The notes under the pieces are model-generated. The model made no database searches and had not been told where the DNA came from. It saw only the letters and a list, made by a program, of their open reading frames with translations. Shown here in pieces: positions 39,331-48,484 of a stretch of DNA of 64,000 nt. Each line of letters starts with the position of its first letter. Positions within the stretch are counted from its first letter, which is position 1. The position numbers were made by a program, and so were the translations under genes. The stretch is from an uncultured Poribacteria bacterium (lineage in GTDB: Bacteria; Poribacteria; WGA-4E; WGA-3G): positions 2,407,200-2,471,199 of the forward strand of contig OX639973.1 in NCBI GenBank assembly GCA_951828385.1. The letters are read 5' to 3'.

Positions 39331-40296
39331 ATGGCTCGGAAGATGCGTCTCGGTTTAGGTCAATTCAGTGAACTCAGTGAAGAACGGTTGAAGTTTATCA
39401 AACAACTCGGTGTTGAAGATGTCTTGCTCAACACGGCACAACTTCCCGGCACAGCGCGGTGGGAATTTGAGGACATCTTGCAACTTCGGAAAGAGGTAGA
39501 ATCGGTTGGACTGCGGTTAGCAGCACTTGAGAACGTGCCTGTCTCGTTTTATGACAAAGCCATGCTCGGCCTGCCCGGTCGCGATGAACAGATTGAGAAT
39601 ATGGCGACGACCATTCGCAATATCGGTAAAGCCGGCGTTGAGATTTTCGGATACCACTGGATGCCGAGTGGGGTCTGGCGAACTTCTCGAACCACACCCG
39701 GTAGAGGCGGTGCAGAAGTTACGAGTTTTGATATGGAAGAAGTTAAAGACGCACCCCTATCGCACGGACGTGTTTTCACTGAAGCCGAAATGTGGAAGAA
39801 TTACGAGTATTACATGAACGCGATCCTACCTGTCGCAGAAGAAGCAGGCGTTAAACTCGCGCTCCACCCGGATGATCCGCCTGTTGAATCTCTTGCAGGC
39901 GTACCGCGTCTGTTCCGCAATTTTGAAGGTTTTAAGCGCGGGATGGAGATCGCCGACAGTCCGATACACGGACTTGATTTCTGCGTCGGTTCCTGGTCGG
40001 AGATGGGACCGGGTGTCACGGATGCGATCCGCTACTTCGGGGAGCGCGACAAGATTTTCTATGTCCATTTCCGTGATGTGGAAGGACACGTCCCAAAATT
40101 TGCTGAATCTTTTGTTGACACCGGCAATTGCGATATGTTTGATGTCATGCGCACGCTGAAAGAGGTCGGCTTTACAGGCTTCATGATTACCGACCATGTG
40201 CCTCACATCGTAGATGATACAGGTTGGGGGCATCGGGGCCGCGCGTATGCGATCGGATACATGACAGCGTTCCTCGAAATCTTGACAGCAACGTAG
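39331..40296 (+). CDS. uxuA: Mannonate dehydratase family protein
   Basis: LALHPDDPP, VHFRDV, DHVP, RAYAIGY. Confidence 0.85.
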   Translation: MARKMRLGLGQFSELSEERLKFIKQLGVEDVLLNTAQLPGTARWEFEDILQLRKEVESVGLRLAALENVPVSFYDKAMLGLPGRDEQIENMATTIRNIGKAGVEIFGYHWMPSGVWRTSRTTPGRGGAEVTSFDMEEVKDAPLSHGRVFTEAEMWKNYEYYMNAILPVAEEAGVKLALHPDDPPVESLAGVPRLFRNFEGFKRGMEIADSPIHGLDFCVGSWSEMGPGVTDAIRYFGERDKIFYVHFRDVEGHVPKFAESFVDTGNCDMFDVMRTLKEVGFTGFMITDHVPHIVDDTGWGHRGRAYAIGYMTAFLEILTAT

Positions 40297-40311
40297 ACTT
40301 GGATAGGTAAG

Positions 40312-40839
40312 CATCTGATAGCCATAGATCAGTGCAAGCTCACGACTGTCAATCACCTCATTTGGAAATATCAGTTTGGTGTTGTCACCAAACGTAAGTA
40401 CGTAACGTCTCACTATCACTGTCTTTTCTTGTGCAAAAACGATAAGAAACGAAAGTTTTACCCGTATCGTCGATTTGATAAGGATGCAAAGACTGAAAGC
40501 GGAGGGTCGGCACACTACAAAGACAAAGAGGATGTCTGGGAAATTAAGAGAGAATATTGGCAAGGCGCAATCAAAACGCCGACGAAATTGCCTGCTGAAC
40601 TCATTGATAAAATCCTTGATTATTCCAGTGAAAAAGGCGATGTCGTTTTGGACCCATTTTTGGGTTCTGGGCAAGTTGCTGTCGTCAGTAAAATGAAGGG
40701 ACGGCATTACATAGGCTTTGAGATTGTGCCAGCGTACTATGAATTCGCACTTGATCGGCTTAAGTCGGGGAAATACTTAATTAAAACAAATAGACACAAC
40801 GAGGTGACCTCATGTTTAACAGACCCCAACCATCGGTGA
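40312..40839 (+). pseudogene. 5'-truncated N4/N6 DNA methyltransferase (beta class)
   Basis: NHLIWKY, DVW.I, P.KLP.EL, VLDPFLGSG, R.YIGFEI present; DPPY motif and start codon absent. Confidence 0.8.
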
Positions 40840-40878
40840 ATATCTGCTCAGAAAATTAGAGAACTACGACATTGGACA
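40790..40878 (+). pseudogene. Frameshifted duplicate of the RBS and first ~22 codons of the decarboxylase gene
   Basis: Matches 41764-41853 (CACAACGAGGTGACCTCATGTTTAACAGACCCC...) with one C missing. Confidence 0.85.
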
Positions 40879-40923
40879 TGACTCGAACTGGAATGCCGTT
40901 TAAATTTTATGAAGGTGAACAAA

Positions 40924-41712
40924 ATGATTCAAGTTGTTCCCCTAAGATACGACACTGTTTTTAAGAAAGCGTTCAGCCAACCGGAGATTTTCTGCCAATT
41001 TGCTGAAGATGTCTTAGGTATCAAATTCCATACCGATGAGGTACATCGCGGCTACAAATTCCTTGAACCCATTGGACAGGTTGATATTGAATACGATCTG
41101 TTTGCTGAGGATCCGGAATCTCGTATTGTGGTTGAGATACAACACGTCAAAGAAGGCCACTTCTACGATCGTTTCCTATATTATCATCTCATCAACCTCG
41201 TCGAACAAGTGAAAAACAGCAAGGCGTATCAGTTCGATCAGACGGTTTACACAATTGTTGTCCTCACAAGTCCTTACAGCGAGAACGAAATAGACTTTAG
41301 TGTTGCCATCACGGATTTCAATCCCGTCAACGAATTTAACCGCAAAGTCAATGTCTATCCGCATCAACTCGTGTTTGTGGTCCCGCGTATGGTCAACGAT
41401 AAGACTCCGTCTGGCATCAAAGCATGGTTGGAACTCGTGTTGGATTCCCTGGATGGTGAGATAGACGAGAGCCGCTATCGTTCACCAATTTTCGAGAGGG
41501 TGATTGATGCGGTTAAACTCGATAACATCTCGCCGGCGGAGCGCAGAGTCCTCAAAGATGAAGAGTCTTGGGAAGATACCCTCATAGATGTGAGACAGAA
41601 GGAAAAGGAAGATATTGCACGCGCACTGATTCGCGAAGGCATAAGCACCGAAGTTATTACACGAACAACGGGCCTCACAGAAGCAGAAATCGAAAAACTG
41701 AGGCAATCATAA
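40924..41712 (+). CDS. Rpn/YhgA-like PD-(D/E)XK nuclease
   Basis: D.VFKK.F, YDLFAED...VVEIQ, R.LYY, C-terminal IAR.L...G...E.I...TGL...EI. Confidence 0.8.
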   Translation: MIQVVPLRYDTVFKKAFSQPEIFCQFAEDVLGIKFHTDEVHRGYKFLEPIGQVDIEYDLFAEDPESRIVVEIQHVKEGHFYDRFLYYHLINLVEQVKNSKAYQFDQTVYTIVVLTSPYSENEIDFSVAITDFNPVNEFNRKVNVYPHQLVFVVPRMVNDKTPSGIKAWLELVLDSLDGEIDESRYRSPIFERVIDAVKLDNISPAERRVLKDEESWEDTLIDVRQKEKEDIARALIREGISTEVITRTTGLTEAEIEKLRQS

Positions 41713-41785
41713 ACGCCGAGGCGTGTTAATAACGGTGCAATACCATGAAATGCTAAAAAACAGATATACACAACGAGGTGACCTC

Positions 41786-43426
41786 ATGTTTAACAGACCC
41801 CCAACCATCGGCGAATACTTAATCAGAAAACTCGAAAGTTACGATATTGAACACATCTTCGGTATCCCCGGCGACTATGTGCTGCGGTTCTACGACCTCA
41901 TAGAGAAAAGTTCAATTCGGCATATCGGTATGACCCGTGAGGACGCAGCAGGATATGCCGCTGATGCTTATGCACGCACAAAAGGCATGGGCGCAGTCTG
42001 TGTCACCTATTGTGTCGGTGGATTATCAGTAGTGAATGCTGTTGCGGGTGCTTACGCTGAGAAATCACCTGTCGTCGTCATTAGCGGTGCACCGGGAATC
42101 AGAGAACGCGGGAAAGATGCGCTCCTACACCATAAAGTCAGGGATTTCCATACACAACAACATATCTATGACGAGATTACCGTCGCGACTGCACTGCTGG
42201 ATGAACCGTTTACGGCTTTCAACGAAATCGATCGAGTGCTTGATGCGGTGTATCGCTATAAACGTCCCGGCTACTTAGAACTCCCGCGCGATATGGTGGA
42301 TGTCCGCGGCACGCTCTACCAACGTCCCTCAACGGGTGGACACCTTAGTGATCCGGACACATTAGGTGCCGCTGTTGCGGATGCCATTGATTTCATTAAT
42401 CAGAGTAAAAAACCGGTGGTGCTCGCAGGTGTAGAGGTACACAGATTTGGCTATCAAAACAAATTGATCCGCTTTGTAGAAGAGAAACGTATTCCTGTGG
42501 TAGCAACGCTCCTCGGAAAATCGGTGATGCCGGAATCACATCCGCTTTACTTGGGTATCTATGAAGGTGCGATGGGGCGGGAAGAAGTTAGACAATTTGT
42601 TGAAGATTCGGATTGTGTTATCATCCTCGGTGCTTTCATGACAGACGTGAATCTTGGGATTTACACTGCAAACCTGGACCGGGCGCGCTCGATCTATGCC
42701 ACGTCGGAAAAAATCACAGTTCGCTATCATTCCTACGAAGAGGTGATGTTTGATGATTTTATTGACGGCATCAATTCGCCGAAACTCCGAAAGCGGCGGA
42801 AACCGAATTTGGAATGGGCACACCGAGATGCCAAGCCGTTTGTCGTCGAGTCTGACGCACCTTTAACGGTTCGTCGGTTGTTCCGACACCTCAACGAATT
42901 TATCAGCGATGGGATGGTAGTTATTGCGGATGTCGGCGATAGCCTCTTCGGTGCTGTGGAATTGCGAATGTCTCAAAACACCGATTTTATCAGTCCTGCC
43001 TACTATACCTCAATGGGGTTTGCGGTACCGGCATCGATTGGTGCACAACTCAGCATGCCAAATACACGTCCGCTTGTTATCGTCGGCGATGGTGCTTTCC
43101 AGATGACTGGCACCGAACTCTCAACAACCGTGCGCTACGGGCTTAATCCGATTATCCTGCTTTTGAACAACCACGGATATGGTACGGAACGGCATCTTCT
43201 TGAAGGTCCGTTTAACGATATCGGGTGTTGGAACTATAGCAGCATACCCGCACTCTTTACCACAGGTCGCGGCATCCATGTCCGAACGGAAGGTGAGTTT
43301 GAAGCCGCCATCAAAACTGCACTCGCTGAGACACAACACTTCACACTGATTGAGGCGGAGCTCGAAAAGTTGGATACGTCGCCTGCACTTGCCCGGTTAG
43401 CGGAACGGATGTCCGGCACAGTTTGA
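41786..43426 (+). CDS. ThDP-dependent alpha-keto-acid decarboxylase (pyruvate/indolepyruvate decarboxylase family)
   Basis: FGIPGDY, AGYAADAYAR, LLHH, GDGAFQMT...NNHGY. Confidence 0.9.
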   Translation: MFNRPPTIGEYLIRKLESYDIEHIFGIPGDYVLRFYDLIEKSSIRHIGMTREDAAGYAADAYARTKGMGAVCVTYCVGGLSVVNAVAGAYAEKSPVVVISGAPGIRERGKDALLHHKVRDFHTQQHIYDEITVATALLDEPFTAFNEIDRVLDAVYRYKRPGYLELPRDMVDVRGTLYQRPSTGGHLSDPDTLGAAVADAIDFINQSKKPVVLAGVEVHRFGYQNKLIRFVEEKRIPVVATLLGKSVMPESHPLYLGIYEGAMGREEVRQFVEDSDCVIILGAFMTDVNLGIYTANLDRARSIYATSEKITVRYHSYEEVMFDDFIDGINSPKLRKRRKPNLEWAHRDAKPFVVESDAPLTVRRLFRHLNEFISDGMVVIADVGDSLFGAVELRMSQNTDFISPAYYTSMGFAVPASIGAQLSMPNTRPLVIVGDGAFQMTGTELSTTVRYGLNPIILLLNNHGYGTERHLLEGPFNDIGCWNYSSIPALFTTGRGIHVRTEGEFEAAIKTALAETQHFTLIEAELEKLDTSPALARLAERMSGTV

Positions 43427-43434
43427 AATTAATA

Positions 43435-43497
43435 GTAGTAGGCACGCGCCATGTGCCGTAACAGAGGCGTAGGCACGCGCCGTGTCCGTGTGCCGTA
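43435..43497. repeat. Two tandem GTAGGCACG-type REP-like units
   Basis: GTAGGCACGCGCC(A/G)TGT..GT repeated between convergent genes. Confidence 0.6.
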
Positions 43498-43504
43498 TAC
43501 ACCT

Positions 43505-44308
43505 CTACAGCGCAGCGATTTTCTCACGTAAGAAGTTCGTACAAAAAGGCACTTGCGCTTCCGACAGTCCGTGCAGCACGACTGCGCCATCATAGCCGTT
43601 CTCTTTTAGCAAACCGAGATATTGATCGTAGTCCAGCAACCCCGTCCCCGCGGCGAGGTGTCCCGCCTGACCGTCCGTGTCCAAATCTTTGGCGTGTGCA
43701 AGCGCGATGTCGCCGCCGAGTAGCGCGAACGCCTCATCAAGGATTTCACGCATCTTTGGCAGCTCACCTTTGTGGAAGATATTCGCCCCGTCCATACACA
43801 CCTTCAGGTAAGGGGATTGCATCTCGTCCAGCAAACGACGTGCTTTCTCGGCAGAATCAATCACGTTTGCCACTTCAGGTTCAAGCGCAAGCGTTACGTC
43901 GTACTCCTCAGCTACTGCTAACGCCTGTTTCATAGATTCGACGAGGTCGCGCCATGCTTCTGGTGTGTTGTTATCAGGATGCGCGCGCCACATGCTCTGC
44001 GGGTCACGAGAGCCGGTGCAGAGCGTAATAACCGATGTGCCGAGTGGCGCGCATTTCTCTGCGACAGCACGCAACATCCGCAGCCCGGCGTGGCGTTTCT
44101 CAACATCTGGATCAATCATGTTATAAGTGCCTGAGAGTGCGGAGATCGTAATCTGTCGAGCGTCCATCTCTTCGCGGATCTCGGCAACCGACGGTCCCGA
44201 TGCCGGCACATGATATTGTAGATGATGGACACCGTGTTCTACAACGGCATCAAGATTCTCGGCGAGTGTTTCTCGGCGAATCGTTCCTTCCATGAGTCCA
44301 ACGTGCAT
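43505..44308 (-). CDS. Sugar phosphate isomerase/epimerase (TIM barrel)
   Basis: LALEPE, D.AN, HAKD, G.G.LDY. Confidence 0.85.
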   Translation of the reverse strand: MHVGLMEGTIRRETLAENLDAVVEHGVHHLQYHVPASGPSVAEIREEMDARQITISALSGTYNMIDPDVEKRHAGLRMLRAVAEKCAPLGTSVITLCTGSRDPQSMWRAHPDNNTPEAWRDLVESMKQALAVAEEYDVTLALEPEVANVIDSAEKARRLLDEMQSPYLKVCMDGANIFHKGELPKMREILDEAFALLGGDIALAHAKDLDTDGQAGHLAAGTGLLDYDQYLGLLKENGYDGAVVLHGLSEAQVPFCTNFLREKIAAL

Positions 44309-44404
44309 TATATTCTCCTATAATCCCGCGATTTTTCACCCGAAGTCAACAGAACAATACTATAGGTTTTGTCCATTCGTAAACATACACAAGATTTAAA
44401 TCAA

Positions 44405-44527
44405 TAGGACTTACGCAGCGTGCTCTTTTGTAGCATAGGCTGTTAGCCTGTGCCCTGAGAACGTCTCGGTCTCTTCAGAGTTTACTCGCTAACGGAGCGT
44501 CATATCGTCAAAAATGCGTAAGTCCTA
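44405..44527. mobile_element. 123-bp MITE with perfect TAGGACTTACGCA inverted ends
   Basis: 13-bp perfect IR; inverted homologue at 61611-61732. Confidence 0.8.
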
Positions 44528-44532
44528 ATTAA

Positions 44533-44569
44533 GTTTCAATCTCGCACTCGAGATTCATTTCATTTCAAC
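44533..44569 (-). CRISPR. Solitary CRISPR-like repeat (no array)
   Basis: 37 nt GTTGAAATGAAATGAATCTCGAGTGCGAGATTGAAAC with an AATCTCG/CGAGATT stem and ATTGAAAC end; only one copy seen. Confidence 0.5.
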
Positions 44570-44669
44570 CGTTCAATCAACGCTTTCAGTTCATCAGGCG
44601 TTCCAGTAAAACTGGGGAAACTTATATCGGGGACGCTCACACCACAGATGACTTTCAGAGCGTCACCGT

Positions 44670-45881
44670 TTATTTAGGTAGGTTTACCGGAATCGGGTGC
44701 CATGCCCCACCTGTTACGGCTGCGAGGTATTTATGCTTAGGTTCATCAATACCCAGCACATTGGCATACACTTTATTTTTTCGACAGAGATTGATTGCAT
44801 CATCTACAGTAAACCCGTGTAGACTCGTGAACGGTTCATCTGTAACGAGGATAAGGTGTTTGATAGCATTGCTGCGGAACCGCAGCTTCATCACAGTTTC
44901 ATTGACGGCATCTAATGCGTGTTCATCACCACCCAATTGAATCCCATAGAGTGCGGCTTTGTACTTTGATAAATCCTGCGTCAGCTGGAAGACATGGATA
45001 CGATTCTGATTCTTTTCATTTATTGAGAAATGCGTCAGACCGAGTTGATAGTCAATCTCCGATGCTTTGTAGGCATCAACCATCTCTCCAAGATGTTCTG
45101 CGACGGCGTTGATATTATCGCCCATACTCCCAGAGGCATCTACGACGAAAACGACATCCACGGGGGCTCCGTCACCTTCGCCACTGCTGTCAATAATATC
45201 TTCTGTCAGTTCCTTGATGATGCTTGAAAAAGTAGACTGCTCTGCACCGGTTCCAAAGATTCCCTGCCCCTGCCCCGCACCAATCTCAGCGACACCATCG
45301 CCGATATCCTGTCCTGCGCCTGTCTCTTTCGTCCATTTCCTGGTCCCCGCACCGGCACCTTTGCGAGGATTTTTGATGCGCGGTCCCTGGCGTCCTATAT
45401 AACGGTTTTCAACATCAGCAGCCGCCGTTGATTGCCTTACAGACACTACAGAATCCGGTGCCGTCGGTAAATCGGCATCTGTGGATAATGCAATCGGGAC
45501 ATCCACATCTATTTTTGCCGCCGGGGGCTGTTGAATATCAACCGCTGTAGGTGCTCTGGGGAGCATTCTCGCAATCGCCAATGATGCTTCAGGCTTCATG
45601 ATATCCACCGGCTTTTCTACAGGTAGTTTCTTTTGTATCGGCACCTCTACCTTTTTGATGGGCGTTTGGATCTCTATGACTTTCTGCTTGACGATCTCCT
45701 GCGGCGGTAACGCTTCAATCAACTCTACATGGATTTTATCTTCTACTTCCTGCGTTTTAGGTTTGAGAAAAAAGATAGAAAACCCGATCATCATGATGAT
45801 ATGGACGATCGCAGAAATTCGCAACGCATAGGTACGATATTGTTGACGAAACGCTTTTTGAAGCACTCTACTATTCATCAT
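44670..45881 (-). CDS. Membrane-anchored vWA-domain protein with a TonB-like N-terminal anchor and Pro/Gly-rich linker
   Basis: SAIVH TM motif, DVVFVVDASGSM MIDAS, ILVTDE. Confidence 0.85.
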   Translation of the reverse strand: MMNSRVLQKAFRQQYRTYALRISAIVHIIMMIGFSIFFLKPKTQEVEDKIHVELIEALPPQEIVKQKVIEIQTPIKKVEVPIQKKLPVEKPVDIMKPEASLAIARMLPRAPTAVDIQQPPAAKIDVDVPIALSTDADLPTAPDSVVSVRQSTAAADVENRYIGRQGPRIKNPRKGAGAGTRKWTKETGAGQDIGDGVAEIGAGQGQGIFGTGAEQSTFSSIIKELTEDIIDSSGEGDGAPVDVVFVVDASGSMGDNINAVAEHLGEMVDAYKASEIDYQLGLTHFSINEKNQNRIHVFQLTQDLSKYKAALYGIQLGGDEHALDAVNETVMKLRFRSNAIKHLILVTDEPFTSLHGFTVDDAINLCRKNKVYANVLGIDEPKHKYLAAVTGGAWHPIPVNLPK

Positions 45882-45893
45882 AGAAACGCTCCC

Positions 45894-47033
45894 TTATCTT
45901 TGTGCCTTGATAGATAAATGAACCGCTGCTGTAACCAGCGGTTTTGCTGCTTGTTTGAACACCTGTATTTCCAGCGGAACTTTTCGCGTAAGCACCTTTT
46001 TATTGGCACTTATGGGAATACGCAGCGTTTGAAAGCCTTTTTCGGGAATGTTCAGCGTTCGATCAGGGTTCTGATAATTCAATCCACCTATGCTCTTGGG
46101 CAGTAAACGGACTTTCAGACCTTTCGCTGTCCCACCCTGATTAGAAATCGTCACCTTCAGACGCACATTCTCTCCTGCATCGATGTAGCCGTTATTGTTC
46201 GCCGGATCTTCTAATGTCGTGTCAATTTGTAGCGCAGGCGGTCGCGTCTGTGGCAAAATCCCCGCAAAAACACCAGATTTGTAAGCCCAGAAAACAGACA
46301 CGATCAGAAGCGCGAACGGCAAGAGGTAACGTATCAGCTGCTTTCGCAGACGCTTCTGTTTCTCTTGGCTCTCGATAAAAGTGATCGCTTTTTTCAAATC
46401 CTGGGCAGGTTCGTATTCTGGCCTGATACGCAACACCTTCTCCGCTTGACTTCTGGCATCATTGAAGGCAAGCGTTTCCATGTAGGTCCGTGCCAGGTTG
46501 TAATGGGCAACAGCATGGTTCGGTGACGCTTTTATGACCTTCTTGAACGCAGCTTCGGCTTGCAGATATTGTTTGTTCGCCAAAAATACGATACCCCGCT
46601 CGAGTTCTTTGTCAATATCCGCCGCAGTCGCGGCATCCACTTTCAGCGGTGCTGCTGCTTTATTCTGGGGCATCGGGACAGGCACCACAGCAGATGTCAC
46701 AGTCTTTTCTTGTCCAGTCTGCGGTGCGTTGACATCCGGAGGCTCCGTCGGCGCGACAGAGACCTGCGGTGTGGACGTACCCGGAACCATCGCTTGTAGT
46801 AAGGAAAGGGTCGGCGGGTGAGTTGCATCAATCTTAAGGGCTTCTAAAGCAGCGTCTTTGGCATCTTGCAACCGATGTTCTCCAAAGTAAGCAAGCGCAA
46901 GCGCGTGGTAACCGTCAATAAAAGCAGCGTCCAATTCCACCGACTGCTTAAAATGCGTTATTGCTTCGGTATACCCCTCGGCATTTAGATAGGCGATGCC
47001 GAGTGAGTAGTGCCCATCTCTAATCTCGTTCAT
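45894..47033 (-). CDS. TPR-repeat membrane protein with a C-terminal Ig-like domain
   Basis: Two TPR clusters, TM, NNNG.IDAGE.V.L.V.I.N.G. Confidence 0.8.
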   Translation of the reverse strand: MNEIRDGHYSLGIAYLNAEGYTEAITHFKQSVELDAAFIDGYHALALAYFGEHRLQDAKDAALEALKIDATHPPTLSLLQAMVPGTSTPQVSVAPTEPPDVNAPQTGQEKTVTSAVVPVPMPQNKAAAPLKVDAATAADIDKELERGIVFLANKQYLQAEAAFKKVIKASPNHAVAHYNLARTYMETLAFNDARSQAEKVLRIRPEYEPAQDLKKAITFIESQEKQKRLRKQLIRYLLPFALLIVSVFWAYKSGVFAGILPQTRPPALQIDTTLEDPANNNGYIDAGENVRLKVTISNQGGTAKGLKVRLLPKSIGGLNYQNPDRTLNIPEKGFQTLRIPISANKKVLTRKVPLEIQVFKQAAKPLVTAAVHLSIKAQR

Positions 47034-47271
47034 CTGCAAATAACTCTCTTAATTGTCTTCTCTGATTTTTGGCTCTCACTGCCTCTGCTTTCCCCAAGCA
47101 AGCGGACGAATAGGACACCTGCAAGGAAGCAGGTGCTTGCTTTCCTATCCAGCAGATAAGACTATGATACCCCACCAGAAAAATAAAAGCAATGCCTTTT
47201 TTTCAAACTGTCGGGGCATCGGCGAGAACACTTTCATTTTACGCACAATGCGAACATTCTACAAAAAACGA

Positions 47272-47300
47272 TTGCCTGAGAACCGTAAGGCTAATATAAT
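47272..47300 (+). promoter_or_regulatory. Probable sigma70 promoter
   Basis: TTGCCT-17nt-TATAAT. Confidence 0.55.
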
Positions 47301-47378
47301 ACAAATAACTTCCAAACAAAACTTGCCCTTAGGGGGTACCCTTTAAACTGGGGGACCAAATATAGAGGAGATGTAGAA

Positions 47379-48083
47379 ATGAAAGTATATAAAGGGATAA
47401 GGCGATTCAAACACATCGTGTTCTGCGTTCCAGTGCTTCTCGCTTTCGGGTGCGGAATCGGGAATTTAGAAAACGCGCTCTCGGAGAAAGGGGATTACCA
47501 CTTTCGCAAAACGCGGTGGGGATACTCAAAAGCAATGGTGGAACTAAGCGAACAGAAACAAGGGACCCGTTTATTCCACCGAAAAGAAAATACACTTATC
47601 TACAATGAACGCATTTCGGATATGCCTGTCAAGCTCGTTTACTGCTTTGAAAAGGACAGACTCCGAGTCGCAGGCTATCTCACAGATAGACCCGTCAAAA
47701 ATGCTATGGAGATTTTCGAGCATGTTGCTAAAACGTTGGGAGAACCAATAGATATGATCGCTGGGGGCATGGTTTGGGCGGATTACCATACGCTTGTGTA
47801 TATCAACGGCTATGTATCTCATGTGACGCAAAGCCCGTCGAGGTATCAGCGTTCGCAGGGACTTCTTAAAATTCTCGATAAAACCCCCAAAGAGGAAGCA
47901 GGCAAGGTTTTACGATGGGATGGGATCTGGACATACGTCGATCAAAATTTTTTTAGACAGCTCCACGAGGTAGACTACCCTATGGATGAACTCTCAACTT
48001 ACGAAAAGCGGTTGTTTGCTATCCTGAGAAGACAACAGATGCGAACCTATATCACCCCACAAGGGCGAATCACTCTTCCATAG
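47379..48083 (+). CDS. Hypothetical lipoprotein
   Basis: GAGGAG RBS, LAFGC lipobox, FRKTRWG motif. Confidence 0.75.
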   Translation: MKVYKGIRRFKHIVFCVPVLLAFGCGIGNLENALSEKGDYHFRKTRWGYSKAMVELSEQKQGTRLFHRKENTLIYNERISDMPVKLVYCFEKDRLRVAGYLTDRPVKNAMEIFEHVAKTLGEPIDMIAGGMVWADYHTLVYINGYVSHVTQSPSRYQRSQGLLKILDKTPKEEAGKVLRWDGIWTYVDQNFFRQLHEVDYPMDELSTYEKRLFAILRRQQMRTYITPQGRITLP

Positions 48084-48099
48084 GTCCATAGGACTGACG

Positions 48100-48402
48100 C
48101 AGGATCATTTAGTTTTAGATGAATTATCGGATTGTCTCAATTTTTGAATTTTCTTTTTCAGTCCCGGTGCGGTTCCAAACCGCCAATGCGTTGGGTTTCT
48201 CTCGGTTTTTTGTTTCATATCCGATCTATGGAGAAAGTTAGGTTTGTGTTGCTTTTCAGAGTTTTGGGGTATCCGTTCAACCCAACCTACGGGATGATAA
48301 GGTTTTTTCTTAAATTGACACCTATGGTGCGGTTCCAAACCGCGCCTACCGGGCCTGGGGGGTCCAAAATTGGGTGAAAAAACCGAGAACTAAATAGCCC
48401 TG
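48100..48402. mobile_element. Composite MITE-like element with CAGG..ATTTAGTT ends and nested REP-like units
   Basis: CAGGATCATTTAGTTTTAG vs CGAGAACTAAATAGCCCTG; internal GGTGCGGTTCCAAACCGC twice; TAAATTGACACCTATGG also present inverted near 63740. Confidence 0.5.
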
Positions 48403-48484
48403 AGATCGAAAGGTACTGCACTTGACCTTTTAATCTGTTTATGATAGCATATTTTCATCCAACAACGCGGAGGTTTCGTTTGTG

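Noticed and set aside
39826-40707. 293-aa minus-strand ORF
   Set aside because: Antisense shadow of uxuA and the methylase remnant; no recognisable motifs
40294-40839. Stop-codon read-through fusing UxuA to the methylase
   Set aside because: The frames coincide after TAG, but this has a 1-in-3 chance, and the methylase lacks its catalytic DPPY half; a deletion remnant is simpler
48105-48377. Short ORFs on both strands
   Set aside because: Lie wholly within composite repeat DNA
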